Below, piece after piece: positions 10,167 through 20,283 of a stretch of 64,000 nucleotides of DNA. The translations under genes were made by a program, and so were the position numbers. Source of the stretch: an uncultured Prevotella sp. (lineage in GTDB: Bacteria > Bacteroidota > Bacteroidia > Bacteroidales > Bacteroidaceae); the NCBI GenBank assembly GCA_946404405.1, contig CAMJDL010000007.1, forward strand, positions 3,711-67,710, written 5' to 3'. The notes below the pieces were generated by a model that saw nothing but the letters and a program-made list of their open reading frames with translations, searched no databases and was not told where the DNA came from. Within the stretch, counting starts at the first letter, position 1. Each line of letters starts with the position of its first letter.

Positions 10167-11342
10167 ATGATTATGAAACGATTCCTCATCGCCTTTACTG
10201 TTTGTTGCGGTTTTGCCGCAACAATCAAGGCGCAGCCAGCAACCGTCCTTGACGCCGCTCGCCGCACCAACGACTACTTCATGCAGAAGTATGCCGACCC
10301 AACAATCCCCACTAACGTCAAAAAGGTTCGTCCTTCGTCACTTTGGACGCGCGCCGTTTACTACGAAGGCCTGATGGCACTCAATGCCATTGACCCCCAG
10401 CAGCGCTATATCGACTATGCCATGACGTGGGCTAATTTCCACAAGTGGACACCACGCAATGGTGTGAATACCTGCGATGCCGACGACCAGTGCTGTGCAC
10501 AAACCTACATCGAATTGTTGCCCTATACAGGCAAGGACTATAAAGAACTATTGGGCAACGTCATTACCAATCTGGACCACCAGATGGTGACACCTAACGA
10601 CAAGAAGAATGCTACCGCCAAGACCAAGGGCACACAACCCTCGCTATATGGTTGGTGGACATGGATTGACGCCATCCAGATGGCCATGCCCCTCTACATG
10701 CAGGTGGCCAAACTGACTGGCGAGCAGAAGTATTGCGACCATGCTATGAAGATGTATCGCTGGACACGTAACGAGTGTGGCGGTGGACTGCTGAACACGA
10801 AGGGCGAAGGTCTGTGGTGGCGCGATGCTGATTATGTTCCACCTTACAAGGAGAAAGACGGACAGAACTGCTATTGGAGTCGTGGCAACGGCTGGGTATA
10901 TGCTGCCCTCGTGCGCTGCATGAACCAGCTTTCGCCCAAGAGTAAGGAGTATAAGGAACTGAAAAAGGATTTTGTGCTTATGTCAAAAGGTCTGCTGGCT
11001 TGTCAGCACGAAGATGGTTTCTGGCATGTCAGTCTGGTCAGCGATGCCGTATATCCTAATCCTGAGATGACCGGTACCGCCCTCTTCCTCTATGGTATGG
11101 CTTGGGGCATCCAGCAGGGCATCCTCAAGGCGAAAGACTATCGTCCTGCTTGCGACAAGGCGTGGAAAGCCCTTGAGTCATGTCTCCACAAGGATGGTTT
11201 CTTAGGTTGGAATCAAGGCACAGGTAAGGATCCTTCTGCCGGACAGCCCGTTACTTTCACTTCTATGCCTGACTTCGAGGACTACGGTACCGGCTGCTAT
11301 TTATTAGGTTTGAGCGAATATTATAAACTGCTGAAGCCATGA
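10167..11342 (+). CDS. Unsaturated rhamnogalacturonyl hydrolase (GH105/GH88 family)
   Basis: DADDQCC, WWTWIDAIQMAMP, YWSRGNGW, DGFWHVSL and DYGTGCYLL, signal peptide. Confidence 0.88.
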   Translation: MIMKRFLIAFTVCCGFAATIKAQPATVLDAARRTNDYFMQKYADPTIPTNVKKVRPSSLWTRAVYYEGLMALNAIDPQQRYIDYAMTWANFHKWTPRNGVNTCDADDQCCAQTYIELLPYTGKDYKELLGNVITNLDHQMVTPNDKKNATAKTKGTQPSLYGWWTWIDAIQMAMPLYMQVAKLTGEQKYCDHAMKMYRWTRNECGGGLLNTKGEGLWWRDADYVPPYKEKDGQNCYWSRGNGWVYAALVRCMNQLSPKSKEYKELKKDFVLMSKGLLACQHEDGFWHVSLVSDAVYPNPEMTGTALFLYGMAWGIQQGILKAKDYRPACDKAWKALESCLHKDGFLGWNQGTGKDPSAGQPVTFTSMPDFEDYGTGCYLLGLSEYYKLLKP

Positions 11343-14020
11343 AGCGTTTACTTATTTTAATGGTATGTTGCGGTTTGGCCGCAACCGTAGGGGCGCAGTC
11401 CTGGCCTGATGTCAAGAACGAGGCGAAGGCTGGAGCCCGCTGGTGGTGGTTAGGTTCTGCTGTCGACAAGGAAAACCTGCAATGGAATCTGAAACAGTAT
11501 GCTGAACACGGCATTGGTTCGCTTGAGATTACGCCGCTCTATGGTGTACAGGGCAATCAAGCGAACAATATCCCCTATCTCTCTGACAAGTGGATGTCTA
11601 TGTTCCGCGAAACTCAGGTCTATGGCAAGGCTTTAGGCATTGAGATAGATATGGCGACAGGTACAGGCTGGCCATTTGGTGGTCCTTGGGTTCCATTGGA
11701 GGAAAGTGCCAACAAGGTCATCTTCGTCGACACGACATTTACGGGTGGTGCCGTCACTGATATGTTGTTCAACGTGCCTGCCAAGGACAAGAAGAATAGT
11801 CGTCTGCAGAAGGTCATGGTCTACGGTCGCATGAATGGCAAAGCCGTGGCCTTAGACATCACGGCAAATGCCAAAAACGATACGCTGTCGTGGTCGCCTC
11901 TCGCCATGCTTACCACCATGCGCAAAACCTCTACCGATAAAATAGAGAAGAAGACGCTGAAACAGGAAATCAAGGATATCGATCAAGCCCAGTGGCGCAT
12001 CATTGCCGTCTATGCCCGTTTTGGTGTGATGAAGGTAAAGCGTGCGGCACCTGGTGGCGAAGGTCTGGTCATCGACCACTTCGACAAACAGGCTGTGGCG
12101 AATTATCTCAAACACATCGAGGCTGCCTTCGAACGCACGGGCACGCTCTATCCACGCACCTTCTTCAATGACAGCTACGAGGTGAGCGAAGCCACATGGA
12201 CCCCTACCCTCTTCCAGGAGTTCGAAAAGCGTCGTGGCTATAAACTCGAAGAGCACCTGCCCGAGCTGATTGCTGCAGACGTGAAGACTGTGGCCGACTA
12301 TCGCGAAACGTTAGGTGACCTCCTGCTCGAAAACTTCACACAGCAGTGGACGGCATGGGCACACTCGCACGGAGCCACCACTCGTAACCAGGCACATGGT
12401 TCACCCGCCAACCTCATCGACTGCTATGCTGCTGTCGATATTCCTGAGATTGAAGGCTTCGGACTCTCAGAATTTGGCATTAACGGTCTGCGCACAGATC
12501 CGGGTAAGACGCGCAAGAACGATTCCGACTATTCGATGTTCAAGTACGCCCCCTCTGCTGCCCACATCTGTGGCAAGCCCTATACCAGCAGCGAGACATT
12601 CACGTGGCTTACGGAACATTTCCGTACCAGCCTCTCGCAGTTGAAGCCCGACCTCGACCTGATGTTCTGTGCTGGTGTGAACCACATGTTCTTCCACGGC
12701 ACATGCTATTCTCCACAGGATGACCCCTGGCCAGGCTGGAAGTTCTATGCCTCTATCGATATGAGTCCTACCAACTCTATCTGGCGCGACGCTCCCTACT
12801 TTATGAAATATGTTGAGCGTTGCCAGTCGTTCCTCCAGTGGGGACAGCCCGACAACGACTTCCTCGTCTTTCTGCCCGTGCGCGACATGTGGCAGAAGAA
12901 TCCGAAGAAGTTGCTCATGCAGTTCTCGATTCATGCCATGGGCAAGCTGGCACCAGAATTTATCAAGACCATTCTCGATATCGACAAGGCCGGATTCGAC
13001 TGTGACTATATCTCCGAGCGCCTGCTCATGGGAGTGACGTATAAGAATGGTATGCTCGAAACGGCTGCCGGAACTCGCTATCGCGGACTGATTATCCCTG
13101 GCAGCGGCAACATGCCCGAAACGGTTAAGGCACATATCGCTGAACTGAAGGCGCAGGGTGCCAAGATCTTCTACAATGTCGATGCCAAGCAACTCGCACT
13201 GGCTGCCAGTCCTGAGCCCATGAAGACGCAGCACAGTCTGAAAGCCATTCGTCGTAAGAACGACGCAGGCTATCACTACTTCATTGCCAACCTGACCCCT
13301 GACGACCTTGAGGCTGACATACCCCTTGCCGTAGCTTTCCAGAGTGCCACGCTCTTCAATCCGCTTAATGGCGACATCACCCCTGCCTACGTCACAGACG
13401 GCAAGGTACACCTTGCCCTGCGCTCAGGTCAGAGCATCATTCTCCAGACCTTCAACAATGTAGAACAGGTTGTTGCTGTACCACAGCAGCAAACAGAAAA
13501 AGTGTACCCCCTCAACGGTCCGTGGCAACTGACGTTCACTGAGGAAGCACCACACGTGGTCAAGAGTTTTGCTCTTGACAAACTCCAGACCTGGGAAACG
13601 CTGGACGACGACTCCGTAAAGGTCACCATGGGTACTGGCATCTATGCCACCCGTCTGAAACTGATGCAGCGCGACCTCAAGGGATCACAGTCATGGCAAA
13701 TTGACCTTGGCGATGTGCGCGAGTCGGCTCGTGTCTATATCAATGACCAGTTTGTTGGTTGTGCCTGGAGCGTGCCCTTCGTGCTCGACTTCAAGAGCAA
13801 CATCCTGAAGCCCGGCATGAACGATATCCGCATCGAGGTTACTAACCTGCCTGCCAATCGCATTGCCGATTTGGATCGTCAAGGAGTGAAATGGCGCAAG
13901 ATGGAGGAAATCAATGTAGTGGACATCAACTACAAGAAGACCACTTATGACCAGTGGGAACCCGTCAAGAGCGGACTTAATTCAGAAGTGAAACTGAAGC
14001 GCTTCGCTAATGTAAAGTGA
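11339..14020 (+). CDS. Alpha-L-rhamnosidase (GH106)
   Basis: ARWWWLGSAVD, TGTGWPFGGPW, FFNDSYEV, RNQAHGSP and SSETFTWL. ATGA overlap with the GH105 gene. Confidence 0.85.
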   Translation: MKRLLILMVCCGLAATVGAQSWPDVKNEAKAGARWWWLGSAVDKENLQWNLKQYAEHGIGSLEITPLYGVQGNQANNIPYLSDKWMSMFRETQVYGKALGIEIDMATGTGWPFGGPWVPLEESANKVIFVDTTFTGGAVTDMLFNVPAKDKKNSRLQKVMVYGRMNGKAVALDITANAKNDTLSWSPLAMLTTMRKTSTDKIEKKTLKQEIKDIDQAQWRIIAVYARFGVMKVKRAAPGGEGLVIDHFDKQAVANYLKHIEAAFERTGTLYPRTFFNDSYEVSEATWTPTLFQEFEKRRGYKLEEHLPELIAADVKTVADYRETLGDLLLENFTQQWTAWAHSHGATTRNQAHGSPANLIDCYAAVDIPEIEGFGLSEFGINGLRTDPGKTRKNDSDYSMFKYAPSAAHICGKPYTSSETFTWLTEHFRTSLSQLKPDLDLMFCAGVNHMFFHGTCYSPQDDPWPGWKFYASIDMSPTNSIWRDAPYFMKYVERCQSFLQWGQPDNDFLVFLPVRDMWQKNPKKLLMQFSIHAMGKLAPEFIKTILDIDKAGFDCDYISERLLMGVTYKNGMLETAAGTRYRGLIIPGSGNMPETVKAHIAELKAQGAKIFYNVDAKQLALAASPEPMKTQHSLKAIRRKNDAGYHYFIANLTPDDLEADIPLAVAFQSATLFNPLNGDITPAYVTDGKVHLALRSGQSIILQTFNNVEQVVAVPQQQTEKVYPLNGPWQLTFTEEAPHVVKSFALDKLQTWETLDDDSVKVTMGTGIYATRLKLMQRDLKGSQSWQIDLGDVRESARVYINDQFVGCAWSVPFVLDFKSNILKPGMNDIRIEVTNLPANRIADLDRQGVKWRKMEEINVVDINYKKTTYDQWEPVKSGLNSEVKLKRFANVK

Positions 14021-14046
14021 ATAGTGAATAGTGAATAATAAAGAAG

Positions 14047-14994
14047 ATGGAAAAATACATTGCTGACCCTAAACGCTACGAAAAGAGCGACGTGCTGTAC
14101 CAGCGCTGCGGACGCTCAGGCGTACTGTTGCCCAAGGTAAGTCTTGGCTTGTGGCATAACTTCGGAGGTGTCGACGACTACCAGCGTTCGAAAGAGATAC
14201 TGCGCTATGCCTTTGACAATGGTATAACCCACCTCGACTTAGCCAACAACTACGGTCCTCCCTACGGCTCTGCCGAGGAGACCTTTGGTCGCGTAATGGA
14301 CGAAGACTTCCGCCCTTACCGTGACGAGTTGTTCATCTCTACCAAGGCGGGCTACGATATGTGGGACGGCCCTTACGGCAATTGGGGCTCTCGCAAGTAT
14401 CTGATGGCTTCGCTCGACCAGTCGCTAAAGCGTATGCACCTTGACTATGTGGACCTGTTTTATTCGCATCGCTACGACCCCAATACACCACTGGAAGAAA
14501 CTCTTCAGGCCCTTGTGGATATTGTGCATGCCGGTAAGGCGCTCTATGTCGGCATCTCTCGCTGGCCCTTGGAGGCAACGCGCTTTGCCATCGACTACCT
14601 GAAGCAACGCGACGTGCCCCTGCTCATCTATCAGGGACGCCTCAACATGCTCGACCACGAGCCCATCGACGAGGGCATTCTCCAACTCTGCCATCAGGAA
14701 GGCGTAGGCTTCATCTCCTTCTCGCCATTGGCACAGGGACTGCTGACAGACCGCTATCTGAACGGCATTCCTGAGGGGTCACGCATGACACGCGAACATT
14801 TCCTGAAACACGAGATGCTCACACCCGAACTGTTGCAGCAATTACAGGCATGGAACGCAGAGGCACAGGCCCAAGGTCGCACTTTAGCCGAGCGTGCCCT
14901 GCGCTGGATTCTGGAACAGCAAGGCGTTACCAGCGTCCTTGTAGGTGCCAGCAGTACAGCCCAGCTCGAGCGAAACCTGCATGCAATAGAATAA
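14047..14994 (+). CDS. Aldo/keto reductase, YghZ/Gpr (L-glyceraldehyde-3-phosphate/methylglyoxal reductase)-like
   Basis: SLGLWHNFG, DLANNYGPPYGSAE, ISTKAGYDMWDGPYG, YSHRYDP and FSPLAQGLLT. Confidence 0.88.
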   Translation: MEKYIADPKRYEKSDVLYQRCGRSGVLLPKVSLGLWHNFGGVDDYQRSKEILRYAFDNGITHLDLANNYGPPYGSAEETFGRVMDEDFRPYRDELFISTKAGYDMWDGPYGNWGSRKYLMASLDQSLKRMHLDYVDLFYSHRYDPNTPLEETLQALVDIVHAGKALYVGISRWPLEATRFAIDYLKQRDVPLLIYQGRLNMLDHEPIDEGILQLCHQEGVGFISFSPLAQGLLTDRYLNGIPEGSRMTREHFLKHEMLTPELLQQLQAWNAEAQAQGRTLAERALRWILEQQGVTSVLVGASSTAQLERNLHAIE

Positions 14995-15012
14995 AGAGCA
15001 CGGAATATAAAA

Positions 15013-15098
15013 GGCACGGATTTCACGGATTACACGGATTTTTTTATATACGGATAATCGCGGTAGAATAAAGCCGTGAAATCCGTGTAATCCGTGCC
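15013..15098. repeat. Palindromic element built from 9-bp CACGGATTW units, probable bidirectional terminator
   Basis: GGCACGGATTTCACGGATTACACGG (15013-15037) and CCGTGAAATCCGTGTAATCCGTGCC (15074-15098) are near-perfect inverted arms between convergent genes. Confidence 0.85.
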
Positions 15099-15103
15099 AA
15101 ATT

Positions 15104-18100
15104 TTATTTTTTGTACTTACGACGGAATACCCGTTCTTCAATCATCTGGAACACGACAAAGAGAATAGGAACAATAAACAGTAGTGCGATGGTGCCAATG
15201 AGCATGCCGCCAATAGCTCCCACACCGAGCGAGCGGTTGCCATTGGCACCAACGCCTGTAGCGATAGCCAAGGGCAACAATCCGAATATCATCGTTAGCG
15301 ACGTCATCAGAATAGGACGCAAGCGCACGGCAGCGGCATCCAATGCAGCAGCCAGTATACTCATGCCCTGACGACGGCGTGCTGAAGCGTATTCCGTCAA
15401 CAGGATGGCGGTCTTCGACAACAGTCCAATCAGCATGATGAGTCCCGTCTGCATGTAGATGTTGTTCTCCAATCCCCACATCGTGGCGAAGATAAAGCTA
15501 CCTAACAATCCAAAGGGTACGCTCAGGATGACGGCCATCGGAATGAAGATGCTCTCATAGAGGGCACAGAGGAGTAGGTAAACGAAAACGATAACCAAAA
15601 CGAAAACTATCGCCGTCGTATTCTGTGCCGAAGCCTCCTCACGGCTCATACCACCAAACTCATAGCCATAGCCCTCAGGCAACACCTCTGCTGCCGTCTC
15701 GCGAATGGCGTTAATGGCCTGACCACTACTGTAGCCTTCAGCTGCCGTACCATTGACCATGATGCTGGGGAACAGGTTGAAGCGCGACAGCGTCTCACTG
15801 CCATAGATGCGTGTCAGCGTGATATACTGTCCGATGGGCGACATCTCGCCTGACGACGTGCGCACGAAGATGTTATTCAGCGACTCCGCATCCAGACGGT
15901 ATTCAGGCGAGGCCTGCACCATGACACGATACAGTTTGGTAAAGCGCACGAAGTTGGAGGCATACGAACCGCCCACATAGCCCGACAGCGCCTGCAATAC
16001 TTCGGTAGGCGATACACCACGACGCTTACACAAGGCAGCATCCACTTCCACACGATATTGCGGATACTTCAACGAGAAGTTCGTAATGGCACGACTGATT
16101 TCCGGACGCTCGTTCAAGGCGGCAATGAGCTTGTTGGTCTGCATCAGCAGGTCGTTAATCGTGCCACCATGCTTGTCCTGGATATGCAGTTCGAAACCGT
16201 TGATGCGACCAAAGCCCGGCAACATATTCTGCGTGTTCACCTGAATCTTCGCATTGGCAATATCTGCCGTCCTGCGGTATATCTCGTCCACCACACTCTG
16301 CACGTCGTCGCCATCGCCCTTTCGCTCGTCCCACTTCTTCAGTTTCAGCGTGAAGTTACCGTTCGACGACGACTGTTCGAAGTTATTACTGTTACCCGCT
16401 ATCAACGAATAGATACGCAACTGCGGCAGGTCTTTTATGCGTTCCTCCACCTCTTTTAATATATGGTAGGTTTGCTGCAGACTACTACCCGGCGACGCCT
16501 GCACATTGATGAACACCGTGCCCATATCCTCGTTGGGCACCAGTCCCGTCTTCGTTGTGCGCATCATCCAATACAATCCGCCAATGGCCACTACGGCAAG
16601 GCTGAATGCCAGCCATTGCTTGCGTAGAATCTTCGATAGTCCCTGCTTGTAGCCACGAACAAAGCCCTCGTATGACGGCAAGTGACGCAGTACACGTACG
16701 GACTTCGGTGTCTGTTTGCGCATAATCAGCGCACAAAGGGCAGGTGATAATGTCAGGGCATTAAACAGCGAGATTGCCACAGCGATGGCCATCGTCAATC
16801 CGAACTGTGTATAGAACGTTCCTGTCACACCGCCAATAAAGCAGACGGGCACGAAGACCGCCATGAATACCAGCGTCGTCGTTACCAATGCCGACGTAAT
16901 ACCGTGCATAGCGTCAATGGTAGCGTGATAGGGAGAGGTCATGGCAGAACCATGACCAACAGTTTCTGTCTCGTCAAGCTTCGCTTGCACCGCCTCCACC
17001 ACCACGATGGCATCGTCAACCACCGTACCGATGACCAGCACCAGGGCAAACAGCGTCAGCATGTTCAGCGAGAAGCCGATGGCATAGATGACGGCAAGGG
17101 TAGCTATCAGCGACACCATGATGGCAACACCTGGAATAATGGTGGCCCGCCAACTGCGCAAGAAGAGGAACACTACAAGTATAACCAGTGCCAAGGCTTC
17201 CAACAGCGTTTCTACCACACTGGCTATCGACGCGTCCAGGAAGTCCTTCTTCGACTCCAAGTCCTCGATGACGATACCTGGCGGCAGCGATTGCCGTATC
17301 TCCTCCACTTCAGCGTCTATCTGCTTGATAATCTCGTTGGCATTCGAGCCTGCCACCTGGTTAATCGAGATATTTACGCTTGGACTGCCATTGGTCTCGC
17401 CAATGATGTTATAGTTCTGCGAACCCAGTTCCACACGGGCTATGTCGCCTATGCGCAGCACGTCGCCATTGGGCAGCGAACGCACCACCAGATTCTCGTA
17501 GTCTTTCTCCTCCTCATAGCGTCCACGGTACTTCAGCACGTATTGGAACGTGTTCTGGCTCTCAGCGCCAAGTGTACCCGTTGCCACCTCGACATTCTGC
17601 TCATCCAGTACCTTCGTCACATCGCTGGGCACAAGTCCGTATTGCGCCATCTTCAGCGGATTGAGCCATATACGCATAGAATAGTCGGCACCCATCACGT
17701 TCACCTCGCCCACACCACCGATACGGCTCAGACGCGGCTCGATGTTAATCTTCGTATAGTTGGCCAGGAACGAACGGTCGAAGGTCGAATCCGGACTATA
17801 TACCGCCAACTGCTTGATGTTCGACGTCTGACGTTTCCTGACCGTGATACCGCCCTTCACCACGTCGCTCGGCAGTCGTCCCTGCACCGTTGCCGCACGG
17901 TTCTGCACGTTCACCATCGCCATGTTGGGGTCGGTGCCCTGACGGAAGAAGATACCGATAGAGGCCGTACCGTTATTCGAGGCCGACGACGTCATATACA
18001 TCATGCCCTCCACACCATTGATAGCTTCCTCTAAAGGCACCACGACGCTCTTCTGCACCGTCTCAGCATTTGCTCCCGTATAGCTGGCCATGATGCGCAC

Positions 18101-18229
18101 CGTTGGCGGGGCAATCTCAGGGAATTGCTCCAATGGCAGACTGGTCAGTCCGATGATACCCACCAGCACCATCAACACCGAGATAACGCATGCCAATATC
18201 GGCCTATCGATAAATGTCCTGACGTTCAC
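15104..18229 (-). CDS. RND efflux transporter permease subunit (HAE1/AcrB-like)
   Basis: FIDRPILA, FPEIAPPTV, GTVVDDAIVVVE and RLRPILMTSL, 1041 aa with two TM clusters. Confidence 0.95.
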   Translation of the reverse strand: MNVRTFIDRPILACVISVLMVLVGIIGLTSLPLEQFPEIAPPTVRIMASYTGANAETVQKSVVVPLEEAINGVEGMMYMTSSASNNGTASIGIFFRQGTDPNMAMVNVQNRAATVQGRLPSDVVKGGITVRKRQTSNIKQLAVYSPDSTFDRSFLANYTKINIEPRLSRIGGVGEVNVMGADYSMRIWLNPLKMAQYGLVPSDVTKVLDEQNVEVATGTLGAESQNTFQYVLKYRGRYEEEKDYENLVVRSLPNGDVLRIGDIARVELGSQNYNIIGETNGSPSVNISINQVAGSNANEIIKQIDAEVEEIRQSLPPGIVIEDLESKKDFLDASIASVVETLLEALALVILVVFLFLRSWRATIIPGVAIMVSLIATLAVIYAIGFSLNMLTLFALVLVIGTVVDDAIVVVEAVQAKLDETETVGHGSAMTSPYHATIDAMHGITSALVTTTLVFMAVFVPVCFIGGVTGTFYTQFGLTMAIAVAISLFNALTLSPALCALIMRKQTPKSVRVLRHLPSYEGFVRGYKQGLSKILRKQWLAFSLAVVAIGGLYWMMRTTKTGLVPNEDMGTVFINVQASPGSSLQQTYHILKEVEERIKDLPQLRIYSLIAGNSNNFEQSSSNGNFTLKLKKWDERKGDGDDVQSVVDEIYRRTADIANAKIQVNTQNMLPGFGRINGFELHIQDKHGGTINDLLMQTNKLIAALNERPEISRAITNFSLKYPQYRVEVDAALCKRRGVSPTEVLQALSGYVGGSYASNFVRFTKLYRVMVQASPEYRLDAESLNNIFVRTSSGEMSPIGQYITLTRIYGSETLSRFNLFPSIMVNGTAAEGYSSGQAINAIRETAAEVLPEGYGYEFGGMSREEASAQNTTAIVFVLVIVFVYLLLCALYESIFIPMAVILSVPFGLLGSFIFATMWGLENNIYMQTGLIMLIGLLSKTAILLTEYASARRRQGMSILAAALDAAAVRLRPILMTSLTMIFGLLPLAIATGVGANGNRSLGVGAIGGMLIGTIALLFIVPILFVVFQMIEERVFRRKYKK

Positions 18230-19359
18230 TTTTCGTTTTTCACTTTTCGTTTTTCACTTTTCACTTCAATCCCTTCCTTCAGCAATCCTGCGCCCTCGGC
18301 AATGATGGTGTCACCCACGCTGAGACCTTCCTCAACGATATACTCCTTGCCGTCATTCTGCGGAAACAGACGCACGGCGGTTGCCTTCGTCTTGCCGTCC
18401 ACCACGCGATAGACGAACACGCGGTTCTGAAGTTCGTAGGTAGCCTCCTGCGGTATCACGACAACCTGTTCGCGCTTCGTCGGCACCATCACCGTCGCAC
18501 TACCACCGTCGCGCAACAAATGCTGCGGATTCTGGAATACGGCACGCAGGGTGACAGCACCCGTTTGGGCATCCACCGTACCGCTGACGGCATCGATGCG
18601 ACCTTCTACGGGATAGTCGCTGCCACTGGCCAATCGCAGTTTGATGCCAGGAGCCTTTTTCAGAAACTCCGTCGTCGACCCATAGCGGTCTATCAGGCTC
18701 TCGACAGCTCGTTCCGTCACGCTAAAATACGCATACATCTCTTTGTCGTCAGCCACAGTCACTAACGGTTCGCTGATATTGCTGCTCACCAGAGCGCCTA
18801 CATGCCAGGGAATCATCGACGCCACACCGTCCACAGGGCTCTTCACCTCCGTACACGACAGTTGCCAACGGGCATTCTTCTCCTGAGCCTTGGCCTGTAC
18901 CAATGCCGCCTGGGCTTCTAATAGTGCGTGGCGCGTGGTCTCCACGCTGAAGTCGCTCACCACACTACCCTCCTTCAGTTTCACCTGACTGTCGTAGTTC
19001 ATCTTAGCCGTCGACAGCTTGGCCTCGGCACTCTGACGGTTGGCAATAGCCACCTCCAGCGCAGCCTGATAGGGTGTCTGGTCGATGATGAACAGCGTCT
19101 GTCCACGCTTCACGGGCTTGCCCTCACTCGTACAGATACGCGTGATATTACCCGACACCTGCGGACGAATCTCAACGATTTGCCGTCCCGTCAGCTTGGC
19201 ACTATACTGCTGGGTGAGCGTCATGTCCTTCTTGCCCACCACCATCGTCTTGTATTGAGCCGCTTCGTGCTGTTTTTTCTCCTTGCTGCTGCATGCCGTC
19301 AAGCTGCACACCAATACAGCGCCCAGACAGTATGCCATGTATTTCACCATTCCTATCAT
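18226..19359 (-). CDS. RND efflux periplasmic adaptor (AcrA-like lipoprotein)
   Basis: Lipobox LTAC, VEIRPQVSG..GQTLFIID lipoyl motif and VDAQTGAVTLRA. Stop overlaps the permease start. Confidence 0.93.
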   Translation of the reverse strand: MIGMVKYMAYCLGAVLVCSLTACSSKEKKQHEAAQYKTMVVGKKDMTLTQQYSAKLTGRQIVEIRPQVSGNITRICTSEGKPVKRGQTLFIIDQTPYQAALEVAIANRQSAEAKLSTAKMNYDSQVKLKEGSVVSDFSVETTRHALLEAQAALVQAKAQEKNARWQLSCTEVKSPVDGVASMIPWHVGALVSSNISEPLVTVADDKEMYAYFSVTERAVESLIDRYGSTTEFLKKAPGIKLRLASGSDYPVEGRIDAVSGTVDAQTGAVTLRAVFQNPQHLLRDGGSATVMVPTKREQVVVIPQEATYELQNRVFVYRVVDGKTKATAVRLFPQNDGKEYIVEEGLSVGDTIIAEGAGLLKEGIEVKSEKRKVKNEK

Positions 19360-19429
19360 ATTGGCTTTTTGTCTCGTTTAGTTAGAATCATCTGCAAAGA
19401 TAATGCAAATCGAGCGAAATTGACTACTC

Positions 19430-19582
19430 TCATAATAGTTGTGTAGCAGGGATGTGCTCTATGGTCTTGCCATCAGTAGAAACAATGACATTCTCACCAC
19501 GAAGTGCCTTTTCTTCAAGCATCCGCTTTCCAGCTAACTCTATGCCAGCCTTCAATTTTTCGGAAAATTCTTTATTTGACAT
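19430..19582 (-). CDS. Small 50-aa protein, putative partner/antitoxin of the zeta-like ATPase
   Basis: Manual translation MSNKEFSEKLKAGIELAGKRMLEEKALRGENVIVSTDGKTIEHIPATQLL*. Start overlaps the ATPase 3' end by 11 nt. Below the ORF-track cutoff. Confidence 0.65.
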   Translation of the reverse strand: MSNKEFSEKLKAGIELAGKRMLEEKALRGENVIVSTDGKTIEHIPATQLL

Positions 19583-20147
19583 AGTTCTCTATTGTTTTAA
19601 ATTTGGATTCTATAATAACGGTTGTTTTATCATTTCTCCCTCCTGTTGCAATTTGAATAGCAGGATATTCACTATTGTCGTATATTGTCCAATAATCCAC
19701 TTCGTTCATAAACAAACGGAAGAGGTTGTTAATACCTGCAACGTATCTTCGTCTGACGATAGGCTCTGGTATGTTATGTCCACCTTTAGCCACTCTCTCA
19801 GCAATTCGAAGCAATGCCAATTCTGGAGAGTTCAGCCAGAAGAAAAGAAGCCTTACCGTATAGCCTTTCGTCTGTGCTCTACGAACAAGATTAATATATG
19901 ACTTAGTAGCAAGGGTGGTCTCTATAGCGAATGTCTCATCCCTCTCTAATAGGTCTTCGATACGCTGCAACATCAATCGACCTGCTTCTATTGCGACACT
20001 TTCCGGATTAAATGGCGAAAGACCACGAGCTATCTCATCAGCATTCACGAACTCTCGACAATCAAGGATTTCGGGAAGTACTGTGTATGATGCAGTCGTC
20101 TTGCCTGCACCATTACAGCCGCTGATAATATACAGATTCTTATTCAT
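19572..20147 (-). CDS. Zeta-toxin-family / AAA P-loop ATPase (short form)
   Basis: Walker [41 protein letters not shown] and YDNS. Own promoter TTTG...TATTTTTG about 8 nt upstream. Confidence 0.85.
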   Translation of the reverse strand: MNKNLYIISGCNGAGKTTASYTVLPEILDCREFVNADEIARGLSPFNPESVAIEAGRLMLQRIEDLLERDETFAIETTLATKSYINLVRRAQTKGYTVRLLFFWLNSPELALLRIAERVAKGGHNIPEPIVRRRYVAGINNLFRLFMNEVDYWTIYDNSEYPAIQIATGGRNDKTTVIIESKFKTIENYVK

Positions 20148-20283
20148 TTCTGCTGCAAAAATACGAACTTATTTAGAAACTTCCAAATTTTGGAGCAGCG
20201 AATGCAGAGAAAAGTTCACTTTTCCTCTGCTGAGTCGTGACAAAATTCAGCAAAAGCTAAATTATTTCGGAGAATATTAAACG

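Noticed and set aside
15013-15098. Possible CRISPR array or IS ends
   Set aside because: Units are 9 bp with no unique spacers, and there is no cas or transposase gene or clear target duplication.
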